DNA of 62,821 nucleotides, the filler included, from Octopus bimaculoides (Eukaryota), in assembly GCF_001194135.2 (NCBI RefSeq). It is 8 parts of 7 records of this genome, joined end to end, with 100 filler letters (N's around TTAATTAATTAA, not from the genome) between each part and the next. Parts side by side here need not be neighbours in the genome. Positions count along the whole stretch, not along the records: positions 28,105 to 55,718 come from NC_068983.1; positions 55,819 to 58,392 come from NW_026334618.1; positions 58,493 to 60,673 come from NC_069008.1; positions 60,774 to 62,821 come from NC_069003.1; 4 more parts are not named here. One strand, given 5' to 3'. Below the pieces are notes generated by a model. The model ran no database searches and was not told where the DNA came from. It saw nothing but the letters and a program-made list of their open reading frames with translations. A program made the position numbers and the translations under genes. Positions 50,995 through 62,821 of this stretch are shown here, one piece after another (the stretch's first letter is position 1; each line of letters opens with the position of its first letter).

Positions 50995-52990
50995 TGTATG
51001 TATGTATGTTTGCATGTATGTACGTATATATNNNNNNNNNNNNNNNNNNNNNNNNNNNNNNNNNNNNNNNNNNNNNNNNNNNNNNNNNNNNNNNNNNNNN
51101 NNNNNNNNNNNNNNNNNNNNNNNNNNNNNNNNNNNNNNNNNNNNNNNNNNNNNNNNNNNNNNNNNNNNNNNNNNNNNNNNNNNNNNNNNNNNNNNNNNNN
51201 NNNNNNNNNNNNNNNNNNNNNNNNNNNNNNNNNNNNNNNNNNNNNNNNNNNNNNNNNNNNNNNNNNNNNNNNNNNNNNNNNNNNNNNNNNNNNNTATATA
51301 TATATATATATGTACACACACACACACACACACACACGTGTATACTAATAGTACGTATATTAATTAATCTCGTTTAGCCCGACTTCAGCCGTAATTCCAA
51401 AGATTTGCCACAAGGACACGTCCCAATTCTGACGATCTTGTTTTGGCACCAATCATGTATGTAGGGTTATATTAATCAGTCTGTTTTCTTTCGCTTTGTC
51501 GATTGTAAGAATTTTGGGTATATTTGGCTCCTATTTTCAGCAGAGGCGACTTCTGTATAAAGGCACCACAAGCATTGTACTTGTGCATGTGTGTGTGTGT
51601 GTGTGTATTTGTGTGCGTGTGTGCGTGTTTACAATGAATGGCAGTCGTATATGTAATCCGCGTTAACAGAGTAAGGAAGAGGCCTTACTTAATCGATCTT
51701 TTGTTATCCAGTCATGTCAAGAACTTAAATTTCTGAAGATTTAATCAATACGTATTCGATGACTAGGTGTATCAATGAGCGTGTTAAACTAGACGAGAAG
51801 TAAATGAAATGAAATGATTGCTTTCATGTGGGATCGATCTCACGTTGACAAGTGAAAATGTTGATCTCAATTTTCTGCTATGCAGTCATCTATCGATTAA
51901 TATTATTTATTGATTTCAGATAACTACCTTAAAGGGCCAAGAAACACCCTCAACATATTATCCAGACTGCAGTCGGCTATAATTATGACTGATAAACACG
52001 ATCGATGAAAGCTTTGTTGTCTTTTCAACAGCCTAAACAGAGGTAAGATCTTGTAACAATGTAAAAACACGCAATTTCAAGCATATGGCATAGTGAGTTT
52101 GTAATTTGTCAGTTTTACTATTCAATGTTAAATGGATAAAGACGGCGAGCGGGTAGAATCCTTAGCTCCCCGGACAAAATGCTTAGCGGCATTATGTTGT
52201 TTTTATGTTTTGTGTTCAAATTCCGCTGAGGTTTACTTTGCGTTTCATTCTTTCGCGGTCAATAAAATACGAACCAGTTGAGCTCTGGGGTCGATGTATT
52301 CGGCTTATACACTCGCCCAAAATTGCTGGCCATGTGCCAGAATATGAAACCAATATCCCGTAGATATGATATTTGCCACATCAACCAAGACACTTCCTAA
52401 TGTGATCGCTCATCCAAAGCGATCTTCACACAAACATCACTTTAGAAGTGAAACGGTTGTACACGGTAGACGTGCGCCAGTGTATATCTGCCACTTTCCT
52501 CGTAGTTGAAGGTGTGTTAGCAAATTCTGCTGCCTTTGTGTCTGCATTCAGAATTGCTTCGACAGAAAGTGTCACAAAATATCCAAACAGGGAACTTCCT
52601 TACAGTAGTTCGGTAAAAAACATTTGATTAACAAACTAAATACTACTTTAATTAGTAAACAAAATAATATTTCGGTTAGCAAACGGGATAATCAGTTAGT
52701 AAACAAAACTATATTTTAGTTTGTAAATATAAATTAGAATTTATGAGAGATTTAGATTGATAAAAAAATGTCCAGTGAAACTCGAAATCTGGGTGAATAA
52801 GTTTGTCTTGGAGTGTGAGGGAGGAAAATCACTCAATTTTACAAATTTTTCACGAAACGTTTTAGTTGCCTAGTCTTTACACACGAACAAACACACATAC
52901 AATATCACTACGGCTGAACTGACTGGATAGACCTGCTATTCTCTTCTAAATAAGCTATCAGCATATCTTCTCATGGGCCAAATCGTTCTA

Positions 52991-53137
52991 CCTGTGTTAC
53001 CCTGTTACTTTATAGCCGCTCGCCTCTGAAAACTTATGACTATGATGGGATAAGTCTTTCAGTCCCGGACAGGAGGATTAGAATGATAGTCTAAGTTTTC
53101 AGAGGCGAGCGGCTATAAAGTAACAGGGTAACACAGG
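52991..53137. mobile_element. TA-flanked MITE with about 46-bp perfect TIRs
   Basis: CCTGTGTTACCCTGTTACTTTATAGCCGCTCGCCTCTGAAAACTTA and its exact reverse complement; TA on both sides. Confidence 0.8.
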
Positions 53138-53141
53138 TAAA

Positions 53142-53541
53142 TGTGGGCTGTGACACAAGATCCTCAGCAACGTTGTTGAATATGAAGTAAATAATATAAT
53201 CTTAACACATTTGAGGCATGTAGAACTTAAGGGAAATGAAAGAAAATAATACTATGAAGACATTTCACATCTACTAAAATTGCGAAATGCATCAGAGATT
53301 TTATACTTTACACCCACCAAAGTATAATATTGCGTTTAATAAAAAAAGTACTATTCTCATTTTTGAAAACTGTTTTCCTAATTGTGTATGTCATATCTCA
53401 GTGTGTCATTAGTGTCGTGTATGTNNNNNNNNNNNNNNNNNNNNNNNNNNNNNNNNNNNNNNNNNNNNNNNNNNNNNNNNNNNNNNNNNNNNNNNNNNNN
53501 NNNNNNNNNNNNNNNNNNNNNNNNNNNNNNNNNNNNNNNTG

Positions 53542-53579
<38 letters not shown>

Positions 53580-54060
53580 CATGTAAATGATATACTGCCC
53601 ACCGATTTACATTCGTATAGGTGTATGTTAACATTTTGCTTTTGATTTTGTTATTAATAACTTCTCAGTTCCGGACAAGTTGCAGAGTCGCAATACATGA
53701 ATAAGAAAGCCAGCGATAACATTTTCAATACAGACGTAGCGTTGCTGTATTCCACTCTTTAATGTCTTTATACTAAATATTAACAACCTCAGTTTGAGTT
53801 ATGTCTTTGTGAATTTCTGAGAGCCTAAAGACTAATCCAAAATTTGAACATTTGTAACAATTTCCGCAGTTACAAGAAACGCAAGAGACGTTATTCAGTG
53901 CTTTTATTCACGGATTTAGGGTAAAAGATGGGTGAATAAAGATTGTGTAGCATATGACATTTATTATTGTATGCTAATGCAGTTTGTGTAGATGGCTGTC
54001 TGAAGTTCAAGGCCTAGCAATCCGTCTTTATGTTTCTCTTGACCCAAATCTAAAAGTCAT

Positions 54061-54145
<85 letters not shown>

Positions 54146-54260
54146 ACACACACATGTATGTATGTATCTACATCTTTATATCTAAATATATATCTATATC
54201 TATCTACCTGTCTCTCTATATAAACATACATATTTACATGCATATATACATATACATACA

Positions 54261-54296
<36 letters not shown>

Positions 54297-54918
54297 TACA
54301 AGAATAAGGGCAGGGTATCGTCAATTAATAATAGAATTAATAATTAACAATTTTGCCAAGTAGTTCAGTATGAAAAAGCCTTTATCGGTAAAACCATTTA
54401 TCATGATAAATATACAGGGATTAGCATTGAGTTGCTTCTCCAACATACTGAAAATTTTTATATATATATATAAGCATACACATAGACACATATCTCTTTG
54501 TACTACTTATGTTGGCCCTAGAGTCCTCACTACCGATAATACAGCCTGCATTATCTGTTGATTAGTATANNNNNNNNNNGTTGGCCCTAGAGTCCTCACT
54601 ACCGATAATACAGCCTGCATTATCTGTTGATTAGTATACACACGGCACTAATGACACACTGAGATATGACATACACAATTAGCAAAACAGTTTTCAAAAA
54701 TGAGAATAATACTTTTTTTAGTAAACGCAATATTATACTTTGGTGGGTGTAAAGTATAAAATCTCTGATGCATTTCGCAATTTTAGTAGATGTGAAATGT
54801 TTTCATAGTATTATTTTCTTTCATTTCCCTTAAGTTCTACATGCCTCAAATGTGTTAAGATTATATTATTTACTTCATATTCAACAACGTTGCTGAGGAT
54901 CTTGTGTCACAGCCCACA
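53142..54918. repeat. Long inverted repeat (about 280-bp arms, 1.2-kb spacer)
   Basis: 53142-53421 is the reverse complement of 54637-54918 with few substitutions. Confidence 0.85.
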
Positions 54919-55606
54919 GGATAAGCGGATACTTTCGAGTGAAATGCAGAAAGTAGTTGGAAAGAGTAAGGCGCCCTCTCAGAGTGACTGTATAAGGTAC
55001 GGCACAAACGTTTGGAAGCGTTGCGCACTGGGCCAAATCATGATAATAACTAAAGCAAAAGCAACACACAGCCCCCACCCACCATAATACATTAGGTATT
55101 AGTTTCTCCCAAGGAGAAACTAAGCTAAGAGCATTAGATTCCTTGGAAGAAATAACAGGACATAACAACATGTGTCTTTCGACTAAGGACAAATTAAATT
55201 AAGCTGGCGTGTGTGGAAATAAAGACATACGGCAGGGCTACAAGATTTTACAGGCACAGGGAGGAATATAGTTGTTGCACAGACGACGGCCGAACCAAGA
55301 AAGTAAGATAAGGCTTGGCCGAACACCGGTCACATGGGGAGAGAACAGAGAGAAGTAGAGGCAGAAGGACAGAAGAATTAAGAAGGGGCGAGAAAAAATG
55401 ACAGGGACACTCAAGTGAAAAGAGGAGGGAAATTGAGCAAGAAGAGAAGGCAGGAAAATGTGAGAGAGGGGGAACGAAAGAACGAAGTGTGGAATGAGCG
55501 AAGTGTGGAATGAGCGTGAAAGGGCTGATAGAAAGAAAGAATTGAGTCGTACAAGATTTAGATAAATATATACTTACATATAAGAGACCAAAGTGCACGT
55601 ACGCCG

Positions 55607-55652
<46 letters not shown>

Positions 55653-55870
55653 CAAATAATAAATGAGTATATACATATATACGTACATGTAAGTACATAC
55701 CTACATCTACATGTGTATNNNNNNNNNNNNNNNNNNNNNNNNNNNNNNNNNNNNNNNNNNNNTTAATTAATTAANNNNNNNNNNNNNNNNNNNNNNNNNN
55801 NNNNNNNNNNNNNNNNNNATGTAATCCCTTTCCCATTTCTGTTATTTGCTTTATACAAACACACGCATAC

Positions 55871-55912
<42 letters not shown>

Positions 55913-55953
55913 GTGTGTGTGTGTGTGTGAGTACATATATATATATATATATA

Positions 55954-55997
<44 letters not shown>

Positions 55998-56026
55998 TAT
56001 TCTGTAAATAATAATTATAAGTTGAA

Positions 56027-56177
56027 GCTTATAAGCGTTCACCCTATATTAACTATAGAAAATAGTCTTTTATTGGGGCATATAAGCGTACTAATACCCA
56101 TTTTTTTCCGTCGAAGGCTTATATGCCCCAATACAGGACTATTTTCTATAACCAATACGTGATGAACGCTTATAAGC
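56027..56177. mobile_element. Foldback/MITE-like palindrome
   Basis: Ends GCTTATAAGCGTTCA / TGAACGCTTATAAGC; inner arms ctatagaaaatagtc and tattggggcatataagc are also mirrored. Confidence 0.65.
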
Positions 56178-58492
56178 GTAAGCATATAAGTATTTTCAGA
56201 ATTTACACTTATCACCGTTCCTTAATATGACGCAGTGTGTGTGTGAAGAAAGAACACAAATGGGTGAAGGTCCACTATGTTTTCTTCAGATGAAGTAAAA
56301 ACTTAAAATTTGAAATTTGGTTCAGTAAAAATATCAGGATATGGAATGTGTTGACCCCTCATTTTGTCAACAAGAAAGTGAAGCTTTACCGAAGCATAAC
56401 CAGATATCATATGGGTAAGGGCCATAAACCCGTCAACAGACAAAGCCACACTAAATTATTTGTATTAAATAGATGATGACTGATAAAGTTTAAGAGGAAG
56501 ACGGAAAGAAAGAAAAATAGGGGTGAGGTGTGTGATTATCAGTGTGAAATAGTTATGGCCGGTCTTATTTGAAAAAAAAAATCTTTAAAGTAAAGAAAAG
56601 CAAAGACGCTGGTCCNNNNNNNNNNNNNNNNNNNNNNNNNNNNNNNNNNNNNNNNNNNNNNNNNNNNNNNNNNNNNNNNNNNNNNNNNNNNNNNNNNNNN
56701 NNNNNNNNNNNNNNNNNNNNNNNNNNNNNNNNNNNNNNNNNNNNNNNNNNNNNNNNNNNNNNNNNNNNNNNNNNNNNNNNNNNNNNNNNNNNNNNNNNNN
56801 NNNNNNNNNNNNNNNNNNNNNNNNNNNNNNNNNNNNNNNNNNNNNNNNNNNNNNNNNNNNNNNNNNNNNNNNNNNNNNNNNNNNNNNNNNNNNNNNNNNN
56901 NNNNNNNNNNNNNNNNNNNNNNNNNNNNNNNNNNNNNNNNNNNNNNNNNNNNNNNNNNNNNNNNNNNNNNNNNNNNNNNNNNNNNNNNNNNNNNNNNNNN
57001 NNNNNNNNNNNNNNNNNNNNNNNNNNNNNNNNNNNNNNNNNNNNNNNNNNNNNNNNNNNNNNNNNNNNNNNNNNNNNNNNNNNNNNNNNNNNNNNNNNNN
57101 NNNNNNNNNNNNNNNNNNNNNNNNNNNNNNNNNNNNNNNNNNNNNNNNNNNNNNNNNNNNNNNNNNNNNNNNNNNNNNNNNNNNNNNNNNNNNNNNNNNN
57201 NNNNNNNNNNNNNNNNNNNNNNNNNNNNNNNNNNNNNNNNNNNNNNNNNNNNNNNNNNNNNNNNNNNNNNNNNNNNNNNNNNNNNNNNNNNNNNNNNNNN
57301 NNNNNNNNNNNNNNNNNNNNNNNNNNNNNNNNNNNNNNNNNNNNNNNNNNNNNNNNNNNNNNNNNNNNNNNNNNNNNNNNNNNNNNNGAAGTCACAGTAA
57401 TGCTTCAAAATAAGGCAATCCAAAAGAAAAATGATGTTGGTTCATGCGATGTAATTATATAAAAAGTTACGTAAACTACCAGTCTTCTTTCCAACACATG
57501 AATAGGAATAAAGCTCCAAAGTTAGCTGGTCATATATGGAATCTGAAGGCCAAATGCAATCAAGTGGAGCATCGCTGAGCGATCCACGCCATATGTAAAT
57601 AGATCAAAGAGGTGTAGACTATGTGTAACCTCTCCGGATTGAACTTGCAGTCTCACCGATTTAGGCCTCCTCCCTGTTGAAATATTTTACAACTGCTGTA
57701 TTAACTTTGATTAGAACATCATCCATTTAATTCTGATTTCGATGAACGAAGGGGATGCAACTCTTGTTTTTCTTTCCGATCACTATATTTGATGTCGCGA
57801 TTCGCTAGAATATTACCTACGTAGTTAGCAAAATCTGATCAATGACGACTTAGCCTACAGCTGGCTCCGACTACAATCCCATTTTTCCGCACTTTTTTCT
57901 CTGAGCCTATCCATCAGTATATATTCAGCATACCTTAACTACTTGATAGAGAGCATTAACAAACACCATAGGACACGACCAAAAGAGATGGCGGACAGCA
58001 GCTGACTCGAGCTGAGAACAATCAAAATGAACGGCCAGCAGCTAACTTTTTGACAGCTACTACAATTACACCCAGAACAATCACATTCAAACTCTCTCAA
58101 CTTTCGTTCGTAGTAACGACAGCATTTGATTTTTGTTAACGGGAAGAATAAAATTTTGCATATCAACGTCTCAATAGATTTCGTCGTCTTCTTCGTAACA
58201 TATTTATATTTACGCACATATACATACATTTTACACACATTTATTCTTTTAATATTTTATTCTTTTAAGTGTTTTAGCTTTAAAGCTGCGATCATGCTGG
58301 GGCACCATCGCTGCACATATTTTTTGTTCATATTTTCTTGTTATTACTTTATGAACATACATTATAATCCTTTCATTAATATTCTGTTTGTANNNNNNNN
58401 NNNNNNNNNNNNNNNNNNNNNNNNNNNNNNNNNNNNTTAATTAATTAANNNNNNNNNNNNNNNNNNNNNNNNNNNNNNNNNNNNNNNNNNNN

Positions 58493-58526
<34 letters not shown>

Positions 58527-58650
58527 ATATATGGTGCACCAGCATGACCGCAGCCACTTGGCTGAAACACATAAATAAATAAATATATATATATATAGAC
58601 ACACATATGTACTGACGGAGAAGCAAGTCCGGAATGAGCCGAGTCGGGTG

Positions 58651-58704
58651 GTCTCTACTGATGAGGCTACGGAATTAGCCAAACTGACGAATCAGTATAG
58701 CGAC
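58651..58704 (+). ncRNA. Type I hammerhead ribozyme motif lacking G12
   Basis: GTCTCTA-CTGATGA-GGCTA-cggaat-TAGCC-AAA-CTGA-cgaa-TCAG-TA-TAGCGAC. All three stems form; GAAA is reduced to AAA. Confidence 0.68.
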
Positions 58705-59004
58705 TTCTCGATCGGTGCTTTCGGGCAATTACGGTCCCTGTCAGTACATATGTATATTATTATGTACTTTTAACAACAGCATTAGAGCCTTTTAGCTTTT
58801 ATCTCGAGTAATATAGATATTCTAGTACCCTCGTCACATTCCGTGACAATTATCCACAGTATCTTCACATCATTTTCTTTTTTTCTTCTTTCCTTCTGTA
58901 GAACCTCTTTCTCTCTTTTAATCCATATTTAAAGCCTCCAGCCTAGACAATAACTAGTAAAATATCTTCTCAGCAGCAACTCCCTTGTAATTAATAGAAC
59001 ACCG

Positions 59005-59372
59005 AAGGCGGCGTGTTGGCAGAGACGTTAGCACGCCGGGCGAAATGCTTAGCTGTCCTTCGTCTGTCTTTACGTTTCNNNNNNNNNNGGGGTCGATGTA
59101 ATCGACTTAATCCCTTTGTCTGTTCTTGTTTGTCCCCTCTATGTTTAGCCCCTTGTGGGCAGTAAAGAAATAAGAAACGTTAGCACGTCGGGCGAAATGC
59201 TTAGCGGTATTTCGTCTGTCTTTACGTTCTGAGTTCAAATTCCGCCGAGGTCGACTTTGCCTTTCATCTTTTCGGGGTCGACAAATTAAGTACCATGTGA
59301 GTACTGGAGGTTGATCTAATCGACTGGACCCCTCCCCAAAAATTTCGGGCCTTGTGCCAAGAGTAGAAAAGA
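59005..59372 (+). mobile_element. SINE family A, two overlapping copies around a 10-N gap
   Basis: Head at 59005 restarts at about 59175. Confidence 0.75.
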
Positions 59373-59712
59373 ATTAATAGAACACCGCTAGGCCTCTCCC
59401 TTTGTGGTTGGGAACTATACACAAATTAATAAAATGCACACAATTAATCAATCTTCCCAGCCCTCTTCACTAATTCATTTAATATCTACTTCCTATTGTC
59501 CATTAGCACTGTATGTCCTTTATTCCTGAACCTTAGAATTTCACTGTACCTAAACTTAGTAAATATATGCCCCTAATTTATTTGTTTATTTATTTTTATT
59601 TACTTTTGACTTATTTTTGATCTAGGGTTTAAAATATTTAATACCATCCTTCGTTTCCTAATGAGCATACACCTTCATTAGCACCACAAATTTTTTAATT
59701 ATAAATTTTATG

Positions 59713-59933
59713 TTTTAAAGTAACGATCATTTGCCAGCCTAATGTGGCAGTCCCGCTTGGGACGAATGCTACTGTTGTCTAACCTCAGGAGACGTCGTCT
59801 CTAGCTGTCTATACGACACACGATCTGTGTCGTATAGCCAGCTGGAGACGATGTCTCCTAGGGCTAAACCACAGTAGCATTCGCCCCAAACGGGACTGCC
59901 ACATTAGGCTGGCAAATGATCGTTACTTTAAAA
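59713..59933. mobile_element. About 220-bp near-perfect palindromic element
   Basis: Arms ttttaaagtaacgatcatttgccagcctaatgtggcagtccc... mirrored about a centre near 59822. Confidence 0.8.
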
Positions 59934-61646
59934 TGCTGCTACTGAATATCTCTCCTTGTGAGTGGATTTGGTAGACGGAAAGAAGCCCGTCGTATATGTG
60001 TGTGTGTGTTAGTCCCCCTACCATTGCTTGACAACCAATGCTGGTGTGTTTACGTACCCGTAAATTAGCGGTTTGGCAAAAGAGACCGATAGAATAAGCA
60101 CTAGGCTTACAAAGAATAAGACCTGGGGTCGATTTGCTCGACTAAAGGCGGTGCTCCAGCATGGCCACAGTCAAATGACTGAAACAAGTAAAAGAATAAA
60201 AGAATGAAAGAAGATCTGGTGTTCCTTTACCTTCCAACATCATGACTGAGTCTTTGACATTTTCACAGTAAATAAAATATTACGATTTTCTGATGGAAAG
60301 ATTTTATATTCTGTTTTGCAATAATTCAGAGGTTCTCAAACTTTTGGGGCTGTGGTGTGTGCGTACGAGTAGATGTAATCGCCTTACCTCGGTTTTCCTT
60401 TCCTCGACTGCGAGTCTGTCTTGCGGTATCCAATCCTTGAAGCTTGCCCCGACCCAAAGTACACCAGGAATAGTAGCTGCCTCTCCCAAACCTAGGCCGT
60501 CGCTTAACACGTCTTGTCCTGACCACAACCCCGTTCGAAAAGGGCACGAATCCCGATCGAGGTTCCCTCTGCCCTTTTTCTCCTTCCGTTCAACTTGCCC
60601 TTCCGGTCAGCCTCCCCAGACACTGACGTCATACCACACGCCACCCTGATCTTAAAGATCACGTTCACTCCTANNNNNNNNNNNNNNNNNNNNNNNNNNN
60701 NNNNNNNNNNNNNNNNNTTAATTAATTAANNNNNNNNNNNNNNNNNNNNNNNNNNNNNNNNNNNNNNNNNNNNATATATGCATGTATATACACATATATG
60801 TACATACTTACATCTACATGTGTATATAGATGCATATCAGGGTACAGGACATTAGAACAATGAACTGCAGACAACGGAACGAACACATAGGAAAACAGAT
60901 AGCCACTTGGAATTAATCCTTCGTCAGCTGCCTCTATTCTAACTAGACGTTTCGATATATATATTGATAGAAAAGACAACAAAATAAAGAAAGAGACCTC
61001 AATATTATGTAAATAGAGGAATTTATCTGTAAAAATATGTGACAATTATTCGGTAGCCATGATAAAACTCCGAAACCACCCGGAGTATATATATATATAT
61101 ATTCAAACTTTGTGTTAGAATCAGCTCTATAATGCAAACATTACCAGTGTCATTTGATATGTGTAGCTTTTAGTCTGCGGTATTTTGTTGAGATATTTAG
61201 ACAGCTTCTAACACAAAATTTGAATTTTGTTTTATCTGTGCGGCATCTTTTCACATCAGCAGGTTATATAACAAAAACAAATTTTTAGTCTCTTGAAATT
61301 CCTCATACTTAAGTGTCACTCGAGTTATTTCCCTTAAATAATATTTTTTTCTTCTTTAATTATACATCACAATTATTCTGGTAGCTTATCAAGGAATGAC
61401 TGTACGCCATTGATAAACTGTTCTATCAATCACTGGAAGTCCAAGATTGAGTTGAAGAATCTCAGGAAAAAGCTAAGTGAATGTCGCTTGGGAATTAACA
61501 GAATTTATCAACAACTATTATATGGTACGAATAACACATCTCTGCTTCTTATATGTGTGTATGTGTGCGCGCGCTCATGTGTATGTGTGTGTACGTATGT
61601 ATTTATTTATATGCATATATATCTATGTATGTATATATATATGGGT

Positions 61647-61698
<52 letters not shown>

Positions 61699-61758
61699 AT
61701 GTATATAAATATGTATGTATGTGTAGATAGATATGTGCGCATATGTATATATGTATAG

Positions 61759-61798
<40 letters not shown>

Positions 61799-61995
61799 CG
61801 CGCGAGAATTCATATTGTGAGAGTGTAGTATACATACGACCATATATGCGTAAACCTTCTACATGTGCGTGCTTACACGTGCGCATGTGGCGTCGGAGTC
61901 CATGAAGGCGGTGCTTCTGCACGGACTTAACTGTCATGAGAAACTACATTAAAAAAAGAAAATAAAAATAAAAATACAAGAAACAAAGAAAGAAA

Positions 61996-62027
<32 letters not shown>

Positions 62028-62351
62028 AGGAAAGCTGGAAAACTCCCAAGAGTCGCAACTGCCCAGAATCATAGAAATGACTTCCAGGCAAAAACCAACT
62101 TAACATATTTCGCCAATTCCACAAAGTGTTCTTCAGCAACGACACACAGACATCACCTCTAGTCTTCAGAGCCTATCACCGTCTCGCATTATCCACCGTG
62201 GTCCCCTGGGGTGGGAGGTGGGGTAGGAGGGTAATGTGGAGAAGGGTACATAATGAACTAACGCCCTTATCGTCTGAACTGATCGATTCTTAATAAATGA
62301 AAAGGCCAAGGAACAAATCAATCAATAAATCAAAAGAGCGAACTGATATCT

Positions 62352-62426
<75 letters not shown>

Positions 62427-62821
62427 TATATATATATATATATAGAAACACAAACACACACATGTATACACAAACACATGTATACATACACACACACATT
62501 TATATACGCATACATATATATATATATATATGTTTATATATACGTATATATATATGTGTGTGCATATATATATATATGTGTATATACATACATATACATA
62601 CATGCACGCGTGCACACACGCACACATATATAGATATTTATATAAACGTATATATATGTATATATCTACATTATGAGCATATATATATTATGCATATAGA
62701 TACACACATATATACATGTATGTGTGTATAGGATGAGGGAAGGAGCTTGCCTGGTGTGGTGGTCATGGTGGAGTGGGTGGACTATGGTGGTGGGTGATAG
62801 ACATTGGTGCTGTTAGTGCTA

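Noticed and set aside
60293-60660. GC-richer segment with several overlapping 70-120 aa ORFs
   Set aside because: No recognisable domain and truncated by a scaffold join; probably a repeat fragment.
60909-60954. Hammerhead-like pieces on - (GAAACGTC ... CTGACGA-A-GGA/TCC)
   Set aside because: The core halves are in permuted order and I could not form stem I or close stem II onto GAAA. At most a rearranged remnant.
1-62821. Most ORFs in the supplied track (poly-YI, HT, CV, ER and X-rich)
   Set aside because: They are translations of microsatellites, SINEs or N gaps with no coding signal.
1-62821. CRISPR array, rRNA, operons or prokaryotic systems
   Set aside because: No direct repeats with unique spacers of regular length and no rRNA-like sequence. 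The DNA is intron-containing eukaryotic sequence.

Overview
Repeat-dense eukaryotic genomic DNA, very probably octopus/cephalopod. This is inferred from the (TA)n/(CA)n/(TAA)n/(ATGT)n microsatellite load and the recurring tRNA-SINE families, not from a database search. Nearly all ORFs in the supplied track are microsatellite or N-gap noise. Two spliced genes are well supported and face each other. One is a PNPLA4-like patatin lipase on + (last three coding exons, 18518-20624; the N-terminal GxSxG exons were not found). The other is an aromatic-L-amino-acid decarboxylase (DDC-like) on - (first four coding exons, 34149-28733; the remaining exons were not found). Each gene breaks off next to a synthetic 100-bp scaffold join (N44-TTAATTAATTAA-N44; seven in the window). 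A third, unidentified minus-strand gene with a signal-peptide exon (11810-11632) is likely. The most interesting signal is non-coding: type I hammerhead ribozyme (HHR) motifs from at least five different repeat families. They include a core-intact HHR in a Penelope-like inverted repeat (36789-36858), a near-intact HHR in sense orientation in a DDC intron (30003-29957), an inverted-repeat-flanked HHR lacking G12 (58651-58704), and a tRNA-headed SINE-like element ending in a minimal HHR that occurs as head-to-head inverted pairs. The window also has REL-endonuclease LINE fragments tied to (TAA)n, Tc1/mariner MITEs, foldback elements and nested insertions. All RNA structures were folded by eye; nothing was computed or searched.
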